In this document: positions 39,501-51,600 of the stretch, in pieces
How positions within the stretch are numbered: the first letter of the stretch is position 1
Layout of the letters: the number at the start of each line of letters is the position of its first letter
Assembly: GCA_964016885.1 (NCBI GenBank)
Contig: OZ024763.1
Coordinates: 10,664,001-10,728,000 of the forward strand
Length of the DNA stretch: 64,000 bases
Reading direction: 5' to 3'
Source: Eledone cirrhosa
Taxonomy: Eukaryota
Notes under the pieces: generated by a model
Databases searched by the model: none
The model's input: the letters and a program-made list of their open reading frames with translations, nothing else
What the model was told of the DNA's origin: nothing
Made by a program: the position numbers and the translations under genes

Positions 39501-42500
39501 CCTTACCCCACACACTTACTCACCCCCTCCATGGAATCTTCAACCCCATCCCCTTCAGCAACCCCAGCTATGGGTTGGATAAGTTGTCATCGTCTCTGAC
39601 AACACATGGTCAATGGACCATGTCCTACTCATATGTTCCTTATTCTGAAAGTCCTTTGCAACACCAACTACTTTACAGAGAGTACGCGGTGTATTTTATC
39701 ATGGTCCCAACACTACCATTTTACAATGTACTGGGTGTATTTTATTGTGACACCAACACTACCACTTTACAGAATGTACTGGGTGTATTTTATTGACACC
39801 AACACTACCACTTTCCAGAGTGAACTAGCTGTACTTTATTGTGACACCAACACTACCACTTTACAGAGTGTACTGGGTACATTTCATCATGGCATCAACA
39901 CTACCATTTTACAGAGTGTATTGGCTGTATTTTACCATGGCATCAATATTAGAGAGGTTTTCATATGCTCAGCAACATTGGAGAACCATTTCTCTTCTTC
40001 ATTATCTCCTTTCCATTAGTAATCATTTTACAGAGTGTAGTGGTTGCAGCATAACTAGAGAGGTTGTCATATACTCAGCAAAACAGAACAGCCATCTCTC
40101 TCCTGTCTCAAATATTGGTTGCTCTCCAACTGGTTTGCGGTTGAGCCTGTGGCTGTGGAGACTTCTGGTGTTCTTGGCCCTAGGGCCACCTCTGTTCTCA
40201 CTACCATTAGTGCAGAGTTGCCTACTCGCAGGTATGAGCTTCACAAGCTGTAATGGCTCTTCCAGCACGTCTCCCTCACACTCCTCTGAGGAAACAGCTT
40301 CTCTATTCTGTCCGCCGGTGCCACGGGGTGTCCAGTGTGCTGGCCCCCATTTGCTCACAATAGTTGTTTCTACTTTTGGCACAAGGCCAGCAATTATCAC
40401 AGTGTATTACTGGTACTTTATTTTATTGACCCCCGTAAGGATGAAAGGCAAAGTAAATCTCGGCGGGATTCGAACTCAGACCATAAAGGGCCGTAACTCT
40501 ATGCTGCAAAGAATGGCGTCAGACCCTCTACCAATACTGCCAATCCACCATTTGCTCACAATAGTGAGAGATGAGGAGAGACAAAGGCAGTGAGAGTAGG
40601 TGTTTGGTTCCTTTGTGTTTGGACCTCGTGTATATCATCATCATCATCATCATTTTACGTCTGCTTTTCCCTGCTTGCAAGGGTGGGATGGGAACTGATT
40701 CTGGCTTGATTTCTACAGCTGGATGCCCTTCCTAACACCAACCTCATTTACAGTGAGTGCTGGGTGCTTTTTTGCCGTGGCACCTCCACGACCACTTTGC
40801 AGTGGAATGATATGGACCCCCGTCCCTATCATCTCATTTCTACAGCTGAGTAAACTGGAGCAATGTGAAATAAAGTGTCTTGCTCAAGGAAACAACACAT
40901 CACCCGGTCTGAGAATTGAACTCACAACCTTTTGATTGCAAGGCCAATGCTCTAACCACTGAGCCATGTGCCTCCATATGTGTGTAATGCTTCATGGTAT
41001 TCGTTGTGGCTCTCTGTTCTCTGAGTTCAAATCCCACCGAGGTCAACTTAGCGTTTCTTGGGCATTATAAGCCTGTCAGAGCCCATCCCTCTCCAGACCT
41101 GAGTACAGCAGATTTCTTCCAGGAAGAATCGACCCCAGTACTTGACTGGTACTTTTTTTTTATCGACCCTGAAAGCAGGGTCGATAAAAAAAAGTACCAG
41201 TCAAGTACTGGGGTTGATAAAAATCTAAGAAATCTGCTGTACTCAGGTCTGGAGAGGGGTGGGCTCTGACAGGCTTATAGTGCCCAAGAAATATCCAATA
41301 CAGGTCCCTACAACTCTATCAGGAGTTACGGGACCATACATACACCATAATGGGTTCACTAAAGTCCAATGAATGATTACTTACCTGATCTTCATTAAGT
41401 CCCCCAATTGTGGCTAGAAATGCAGCAGCCAATGTTGATGAAATGACAGGGAACTCCTATAAGAGAAAGATATATTACTTTTTTAGATTATTAGTTCAGT
41501 TCTATTCTGGCTACAATGAATTTACTCTTTCATTTGTTCCAGCCATCAGGCTGAGGCCATGCTGGGGCACTGCCCTTGTTAATGAATTGTTTCAAAATTA
41601 AATTATATAAATGGCAACAAAGAAACAAAAGATAGAGGAAGAAAAAGAAAAAAGAAATTATTGTATATACTCGAATATAAGTCAATCTGAATATAGCCAT
41701 CCTCCTATTTTATAAGCTGACCCCCTAAAATCATGGGCGTATTGCCTATAACTATATTCTTGTTTTATCGACTTTAAGAAAGCATACGACTGCGTTCCTC
41801 GGGACCTGCTGTGGAAGACTGTGCAGCAGTATGGGGTTGATTGCTGCCCTGGTGTCTCTATACTAATGCCTGAGTATTTGTGTTCGGATAAATGGTGCTA
41901 AATCGAAACTATTCAATGTGGGAGTCAGACTCTGCCAAGGGTGCGTACTGTCACCTCTCTTGTTCATTATTTACATGAACATCACTGCTCTTGCCATTCT
42001 GAGTTCAAATCCCGCCGAGGTTAACTTTGCCTCTCATCCTTACACGGTCGATAAAATAAAGTACCAGTAATGCACTGGGTAATTTGCTGGCCTTGTGCCA
42101 AAAGTAGAAACAATTATTTCCATGAACAGGATTGATATGCACAGCCGGGTTGGAAGTGGTATCACGACTGGGAGGTGTAATATCAGTCGGCTGATACTTG
42201 CAGACAACATGATGTTACTTAACAGAAGGAGATCTTTGACTTGCACTTGATAACTTTGATGCTGAGTGCTGCATGTCTTAGTCTTACATTCTTCCGCGCT
42301 GTTTGGCGCATCGAGCAGTAAGTACTCGCCAACGGTCACGATCAGCGGCAACTTTTTCGAGACCGTGCCAGGTGATGTTGGCTGCCATCAGGTCCTTCTG
42401 GAACGTTCGTTGCCAGGTGATCTTTGGGCAACCCCGCCTCCGTTTACCGCCAGGCGGAGTCCAGTTCATCGCTGTTTTCGAATGCCGTTCATTTGGCAGA

Positions 42501-45470
42501 CGCAGAATATGGCGGCCAGCCAGACGGCACCGACGCTCCGTGACCACTCTCTGTAGCGTCCACGACTCTGCTCTCCGCAGGATCTCCTCGTTTCGCACTC
42601 GGTCATGCCAGGACACACGAAGGATCTTTCGCAGGCACCGCTGGTGGAAAGCGTTCAGCCGTCTCTCTATTTTTGCCGCATTCTTCCAGGTCTCGCTCGC
42701 ATAAAGCACTGTCGGCAGCACGATGCTCTTGTACAGGCGGAGCTTGGTCTTGGTGCTAATGCATGAAGACGACCAGACTGGGCACAGCCGCTGGAAAACT
42801 GCAGCTCCTTTGCCGATCCGACAGTTGATGTCGAGCTCCGCGTCGCCGCAGCTTGTCAAGATGCTGCCCAGATAGGTGAAGTGATCGACTTCCTCGGAGG
42901 TCCTGTTGGTTGACTCTGATCACTGGACCTGTGTTGCTCGCCGTTCTCATGACCTTGGTCTTTTTGGTGTTGATTCTCAAGCCGATCTTTTCCGCAGTCT
43001 CTTGTAGGGATGTTGTTAGGACCTACAGATCTGCACTGTTTTCAGCGATCAAAGCGATGTCAGTGGCGAATGCCAGGTCCCTCAGCCTCGACTGCCCTCT
43101 CCATGGGATTCCTCAACCAGTTGTTGCAGTCTGCCAGGTTTCCCTTCTTCGGCAGTTTGACAATGACACCGCGCTGCCACTCAAGGAGAACCCCCCCCCC
43201 CCCCCAGCACTGGTTCATCAAGTCTGTCAACGCCATTATCGTGCTCTCCTCACCGAATTTGAGCAGCTCAGCAAAGATCTCATCCAGTCCGCCTGCTTTG
43301 CCGTTCCTCAAGTGGCTAATCGCATCTCTCATCTCCTGCTTGGTGATATGGTCCTTGCAGACTTTGAGTACCTCAGTGGTCGACTCAGGCAGGCTGTCGA
43401 CTGTGCTCCGGGAGGAACAAGCCGGCTTCCGAAAAAATCGATCTTGCAAGGAACAGATCTTTACACTACGCAACATTCTCGAACAATGCGTTGAGCTACA
43501 ACAGCCTTTGGAGGTCAATTTTATTGATTTCCAGAAGGCATTCGACAGTGTACACCGAGAGTCACTGTGGAATGTTGCGCAACTGTACGGCATTCCTGCA
43601 GGATTCATTGCCATTTTCATGTCCCTGTATGAAAACTCCAGCTGCTGCGTGCGGACTGAGTCCGGTGTGATGGAGTTCTTTGGCATTGTCTCCGGAGTCA
43701 GACAGGGTTGCATTCGCTCTCCACTGTTGTTCCTGCTGGCAGCCGATTTCGTACTAAGGCGAATGGATGAGTGCTGCATGGCTGGAATGAAAATCAGTGC
43801 TGCAAAAACTGAGACACTCATCCTCTCAAGGAAGCCTGAGCAGTGCACGCTACATGTGAATGGAGTTACGCTACATGTGAATGGAGTTCCACTGAAGCAT
43901 GTAGAGAAGTTCAATTATCTTGGGGCTGTGTTCACAAGTAATGAAAGGCGGGAGGCTGAATTAAGTGCAAGAATTACAGGAGCTGTTGCAGTAATGCACC
44001 AGCTGCAGCATTCAGTAACCAGAAGAAGGGAGGTAGGCATGAAAGCCAAACATGCTTTCATCAATTCGGTTTTCGTGCCAACCCTTACCTATGGTCACGA
44101 ATCTTGGGTAATGACCGAAAGAATACGATCGGGAAAACAAGCGGCTGAAATGGGGTTTCTCCGAAGCGGCTGGACTCTCGCTGTTTAAACAGCTAGTTCC
44201 AGGCTGTTGAAACGGCAAGAGCTCAGCCGTCAGGGGCCCAACCCTTTCATATAACCATACTCTACTACCCCATGTATCAAGTACTCTGGTGAGTACTGGT
44301 CTTAACAGGTTTTACTGCATCCATATTGATTTATATATATAATTAGTTGCAACAGTGACATATACTTAAGTTTCGTTGGGCTCTTAACGGAACTTAAGTA
44401 GCTGTATATATCACTGTTATAATCAATTATACTTAACTCAACCTATGGATCTGCTGCTAGTTGACTTTGTCTGTAAAATCTATCCAGTGATTCTTTCCTG
44501 AGATATTCTGACCACATGTCCATAGATTGGAGCTGTGATCTCTTAATTCAGTAAAGTGGGGGCTCTATCTGGAGTGACACTCTCATCTTCGAGTTATACT
44601 CTACTGAGTATAACTCCAAAGAGGAACTCCATTTCAACTGATTGTTTTCACAATTGTATTCTATCAGTGATTTGAAGATAGCAAGCTTGTTTTTTACACC
44701 TATCTCCTTTTTTCTGATGACCAAGTGCTGAAGTTGGCACATTACAGCACCAGCTCCTGCAATTCTTGCATTTAATCCAGCCTCCTGCCTTCCATGACTC
44801 TTGAAAATAGCCCTGAGATACTTGAGCCTCCACGTGCTTCAGTGGAATTCCACTCACATGTTGAGTGCACTGCGCAGGCTTCCTTGAGACGATGGATGTC
44901 TCAGTTTTCATAGCACTTAACAGGAAACCAATGCATGTTGGAGACCACCTTTCAATGAGTTAACTCCATGACACCTTCAAATACCAGTCGACTGATCCTA
45001 CACTTGCCAGTCTTGATACCACCTCCAATCTAAATGTGCATGTCAATCCTGTTCATGAAGATTATGAATAGGAGAGGTGACACTACTCACCCTTGGCAGA
45101 GTTCAACACCCTCATTGAACAGTTTCTCTCTACAAACAAAATGCTGGTTGTATGATGCCTGTGTGTAAAGTGCAATGTTGTATGGTAGTGAGATATGGGC
45201 AGTGAATGCAGAGGATAGGTGAAGACTGAAGAGAAATGGAGCAAGAATACTGATGTATACATATCACTTTCAACGCTTGACTGCTCCCCTATTGTTCTAC
45301 AGCAAGTTCAGTCACTCCTACCTCCCACCAAATGCCATGATAGACTTATTTGTGTTTACAACAAATTTTAACCAATCCTCTTGACAACTACACCAGGCTA
45401 AAAATTCTAATTTAGTCCAGAAATAGCCGTCAAAACGGCTTGAGCTCTGCCGTCGGGGGTCATACTTTTT

Positions 45471-45518
<48 letters not shown>

Positions 45519-45602
45519 TATATATACACACACATATATATATACACACACATATATATATACACACGCACACACATATATACACACACACACATATACA
45601 CA

Positions 45603-45657
<55 letters not shown>

Positions 45658-48600
45658 TTGAAAAAAAGGAAAAGAATGACTTCACTTGTAGTTCTAAATA
45701 ATTTGATTTAATTTTAAATTATAATATTATGAGTTGGTAGATCTGGTAAGTTCTTTGTTAACTTCGGTGGGAAGAATTTTAAAGATTCCTGGTTAACTTT
45801 CTTGGAGAACTTTCTCGCATGCATTCGTCTGTGGCAATTGTCAAACTGAGATCAGGTTGTGTTGTGATGTGTAACTCTATATATGAGAGAGATTTGGATG
45901 TGTCTGGAGTGTGGGAGTGAAGGAGCGTTGAAGATTTAAAGGAATTAAAGCATACACACACACACACATACACAGAAAATGGTGAAGGTTGACTGCAAGA
46001 TAAGAGTGTTTAAGAAAGTCATTGTAAAAGTCCCCTCCTGCTGGTTCCATTTCAATAGATGACCTTTGATGAATACAATGGTAGGATGTTTTTTCAAATT
46101 TATTAAGAATATCTTCTACAAATTTCTATATCAAAGATGAATTTAGGTGTGTGTCTGGTGGTGTGGGGTTAATGAGGTGTAAGATACATGTCTTTTGATA
46201 AGAATGGGATGACAGTAAAAAGAGAAAAAGAAGGATAGTTTTGGAATATTTGTCAGAAATGTATGTTGTTGATATTGGTTTGGGAGAGGAAGTGTGGGGG
46301 GGGGGGGACATGCTAGCTCACATATTCACTTGCCTATATGTAAATAATTGTTTCTACTTTTGGCACAAGGCCAGCAATTACCCAGTGCATTACTGGTACT
46401 TTATTTTATCGACCCCTTAAGGATGAAAGCAAAGTTAACCTCGGCAGGATTTGAACTCAGAATGGCAAGGGCCGTAACTCTATGCGTCAAGCATGGCGTC
46501 CGACCCTCTACCGATACTGCCAATCCGTAAATAATGATTATATATATGACTCAATAGTTTTTGAATGGTCAATATGTAATAACATAGTACTTTTATAGAA
46601 AAACAAATTTACAGTCCATATATATTACATACATACACACGCACACACACATATATATACACACACACACGCATGCACATACATACACATATATTCATAT
46701 ATACACATACACATGCACACATATCATATACACATGTACACACACCATATACACATGTACACACATATCTGTATACCTACAGACATACATACAAACATCT
46801 ACACACACATATATGTATACACATCTACTCAAGTTCACATATACATTGGGGGTGGGGAAGGAGGAATTAATGAAATGTTAGTGTACCTCTGAGGGTTTTT
46901 CTTTTCTTCAATGATCAAATTCTTTTCTTTTTACTGTCATCCCATTCTTATCAAAAGACACCTCATTAACACACACACACACACCGCACCACCACCACCA
47001 GACACACACCTAAATTCATCTTTGATATAGAAATTTGTAGAAGATATTCTTTATAAATTTAAGAGAGTTGATTCAGCTATAAGAAACAAATTTGAAAAAC
47101 ATCCTGCCATTGTATTCATCAAAGGTCATCTATTGAAATGGAACCAACAGGAGGGGACTTTTACAATGACTTTCTTAAACACTCTTATCTTGCAGTCAAC
47201 CTTCACCATTTTCTGTGTGTATATATGTATGTATGTATGTATGTGTGTGTGTGTATGCTTTAATTCCTTTAAATCTTCATCAACACTCCTTCACTCCCAC
47301 ACATTAACCCCCCCCCCCCCCCCCCCCCCCCACACACACACACTCACACACACACCCATCCAAATCTCTCTCATATATAGAGTTACACATCACAACACAA
47401 CCTGATCTCAGTTTGACAATTGCCACAGACGAATGTAATTTTGGCTTTGTTCATGCCTTGCTCTATTTATCTTCATATAGTATATTTTTAATAGACTCCA
47501 ATACAACTAGTGTCTGTGGCTCACTTCCCTTTTTCCTCCTTCTCCACCCAACACTATAGCCTCCTAGACCAATCAAACCACAGTAATACAAACTCTTGAC
47601 TCATAGTTCATAGCAATAACTACTACTACTACTACTACTGCTGCTGCTACAACCATTCTTGTTCAGCTTGGATGTTTTCTTTGTATCATGGAAGGAGTAC
47701 AATGATGGAGCAACTCTAAATATGAATCCCCAGGCGACCATACAAATCTTCTTCATTTCAGACACAGAAAATAAACCCCCATTCATCTCCCCTCCCCAAG
47801 TATTCCCTCCCATCTCCCTCTTCTACCTCTTATGGTAAACTTCAGAACTGGCACCATCAATGTCATCATCATCATTCGTCGACTACTGTCGAGATGACGG
47901 ATCTCACTCTCATGCCCCACAATTCCCTGTCCCCCAGGTCCTGTCTACTGATTCCCGTATCCCTAGAGATAACGTCAGGGAATGACAGCTTCCTACTCCT
48001 AGTCAGGCTGGAGTCAGGGTTCCAGAGCAAGAGAGCGGATATGATTTCATTGCTGGCACGGTGACAGTGGCCAGCAAATTGAGCTCTCCGGGATTTTAGA
48101 AGGGCAGAGGCTCGAGGGAGTTTGCCATAGATTTTAGACAAGGTGGGATGTCGTTTCCAGGATAGGTTTTGCACTCTCATTAAGAGGCGGGTATATGTGC
48201 CATCCAATCTCCTCTCAAGTTGTGATGTTAGTGTCCAAATTTCGGATCCATAAAGTAATATGGGCTTAATGGTTGCTTGGAATATTTCCAGTTTTAGCTT
48301 GTTGGTAAGTTGAGATGTCCATATGGCGTGCATGTCATTGCACGCTGACCATGCCATACCCTTCCTGGTTAGAAAATCTTTTTTGGAGGAGGAGATATAT
48401 GAGCCAAGATACTTGTAATCTTCCACCTGCTTAAGAGTGGTACCATTAAGGGTACCACCATCAATGTAGGTAGAATGAAATAAAGATCAAGAGAGACTGT
48501 AGAGATGCTAGAACGAAAGAAAGTTGATGTATGTTGTGTACAAGAGACTTGATGGCGAGGAACGTCAGCTAGACTCCATGTGGGCTAAAAATGGTGCTAC

Positions 48601-51600
48601 AAATCTTTTCTGGGTGGGAAATAACAATGGGTTGAAGGGAGTAGGTATTATGTTAGCAGAAAAATGGGAAGATAAGGTAATTACTGTAAACAGAGTGAAT
48701 GATAGAATCATAAAACTATTCCTAATTAGAAGCATTGTAACTATTATATCTACATATACACCTCAACAGGGACTGTCAGACAACCTAAAAGATAGGTTTT
48801 GTGACTCCCTAATGTACACTAATTCCTTAACAAATGACAGTGACATCTTAATCATTGCAGGGGACATTAATGGAAATGTTGGACAACACTGTGGCTTTTA
48901 TAGGGTCCATGGAGGTTACAGGTTTGACGTGAGAAATGAAGGTTCCAGGCTTTTATAATTCTGCAACACCAATGATCTATCTATCTGCAACACAGATCTT
49001 AAAAAACCTGACAACCACCTGATCACCTATAGATCAGGTGAGCATACTAATCAGATAGATCTTATCCTCACCAGAAGAAGAGACAGAGTGACAGTTGAAA
49101 TCACAAAATTCTTCTCTTGTGAGGAATGTACCTCCTAACATAAGCTACTAGTTAGCAACTTTATATGATAGTTAGAGCTAGATGAACTTGGAGACAGAGG
49201 GCAATTTAGAGGAGAATGATATGGAAGTTGAATTAGCCCTCAGCCAGTGAACTAAGAGAGAATCTAGGCATAAGAGGGATCAAATGCAGTGTACAGGAGA
49301 AGAGATTATAGTGGCTTGGACATGTGAATCATATGGAGGATAACAGATGTATAAAACAGAGCAGGGCACTTAAAGTTGATGGTAACAATGGATGAGGAAG
49401 ACAGGAAAATTTGGGATGGAAGTGATAAAAACTGACCTTGCCCAATTAACCTGTTGACTGCTGCGTATATTTTACACAGCTACAGTTGCTGTGTCGGGTT
49501 TGTTTTCAGTAAAATGACTTTTTTGATTGACAAACATCACATGAATAAACTAGTAATCCCATCTAACTTTGAAGTTAAGAACTGTTGGAAAAGAGTTCAT
49601 AACTTTGAAGTTAAGAACTGTTGGAAAGGAGTTCATAACTTTGAAGTTATGAACTGTTGGAAAGGAGTTCGTAACTTTGAAGTTAAGAACTGTTGGAAAA
49701 GAGTTCATAACTTTGAAGTTAAGAACTGTTGGAAAAGAGTTCATAACTTTGAAGTTAAGAACTGTTGGAAAGGAGTTCATAACTTTGAAGTTATGAACTG
49801 TTGGAAAAGAGTTCATAACTTTGAAGTTATGAACTGTTGGAAAAGAGTTCATAACTTTGAAGTTATGAACTGTTGGAAAGGAGTTCGTAACTTTGAAGTT
49901 ATGAACTGTTGGAAAAGAGTTCATAACTTTGAAGTTATGAACTGTTGGAAAGGAGTTCGTAACTTTGAAGTTATGAACTGTTGGAAAAGAGTTCATAACT
50001 TTGAAGTTATGAACTGTTGGAAAAGAGTTCATAACTTTGAAGTTATGAACTGTTGGAAAGGAGTTCGTAACTTTGAAGTTAAGAACTGTTGGAAAAGAGT
50101 TCATAACTTTGAAGTTATGAACTGTTGGAAAAGAGTTCATAACTTTGAAGTTAAGAACTGTTGGAAAAGAGTTCATAACTTTGAAGTTATGAACTGTTGG
50201 AAAAGAGTTCATAACTTTGAAGTTATGAACTGTTGGAAAGGAGTTCGTAACTTTGAAGTTAAGAACTGTTGGAAAAGAGTTCATAACTTTGAAGTTAAGA
50301 ACTGTTGGAAAGGAGTTCATAACTTTGAAGTTATGAACTGTTGGAAAAGAGTTCAAACATGTTAGGGCGAGTTATCTCATCCGTGACACTATATACCCTC
50401 TCTACGCTATGGGGGCTGGGGTACAGTATACCCACTCTACACTATGGGGGCTGGGGTACAGTATACCCTCTCTACACTATGGGGGCTGGGGTACAGTATA
50501 CCCTCTCTACGCTATGGGGCCTGGGGTACAGTATACCCTCTCTACGCTATGGGGCCTGGGGTACAGTATACCCTCTCTACGCTATGGGGCCTGGGGTACA
50601 GTATACCCTCTCTACGCTATGGGGCCTGGGGTACAGTATACCCTCTCTACACTATGGGGGCTGGGGTACAGTATACTCTCTCTACGCTATGGGGGCTGGG
50701 GTACAGTATACTCTCTCTACGCTATGGGGCCTGGGGTACAGTATACCCTCTCTACGCTATGGGGCCTGGGGTACAGTATACCCTCTCTACACTATGGGGG
50801 CTGGGGTACAGTATACCCTCTCTACCCTAAGGGGACTGGGGTACAGTATACCCTCTCTACGCTATGGGGGCTGGGGTACAGTATACCCTCTCTACGCTAT
50901 GGGGGCTGGGTCGAGTATACCCAATGGGGGTTGGGGTGGAGTATACCATCGAGACCCTAAGGGGCTGGGGTGCAGTATACCTTGCCTTTCTTTAATATAT
51001 TGATTGGATGTGTTTTGGAGGAATATCACTGCTATATCAAGCAAGTTGAATGACCATATATACAATTTTCTATTGTAACATACACTGTAACACATATATA
51101 CAGCAATATATACATACACTGTAACATATATATATACACTATAACATACATATATAGCAATATGTATCCATACACTGTAACATATATATACACTAACATA
51201 CATATACAGCAATATATATACATAAACTATAACATACAACATATACAGCAATATATATATATACATACACTATAACATACATATACAGCAATATATATAT
51301 ACATACACTATAACATATATACACAGCAATATATACATACTATAACATACATATACAGCAATATATACATACTATAACATACATATACAGCAACATAAGA
51401 TACATACATATATATACATACACTGTAACATAAATATAGTGTAAGATATATGGGAACTTCTGGTTAAAGACATAGACGATGTCTTTCATTAGAAATATGG
51501 TAATGAAAGGGTTAATGACATAGACAGTGTCTTTCATTAGAAATATGGTAATGAAAGGGTTAATGACATAGACAGTGTCTTTCATTAGAAATATGGTAGT

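Larger units (their letters stand above)
49457..51003 (-). mobile_element. Probable non-autonomous Helitron carrying two minisatellite arrays
   Basis: Minus-strand start A|TCAATATATTAAAG; subterminal hairpin ACACAGC-tacagtt-GCTGTGT near the other end; 3' CTAG degenerate. Confidence 0.5.

Noticed and set aside
43010-44188. 392-aa RT ORF as an intact or domesticated reverse transcriptase
   Set aside because: Chance in-frame chimera of two RTE families joined at a TSD; the catalytic YADD region is missing.
49563-50355. 36-bp palindromic repeat array resembling CRISPR repeats (also the 29-, 30- and 35-bp arrays)
   Set aside because: Units are head-to-tail with no unique spacers, there are no cas genes, and the context is a eukaryotic intron.
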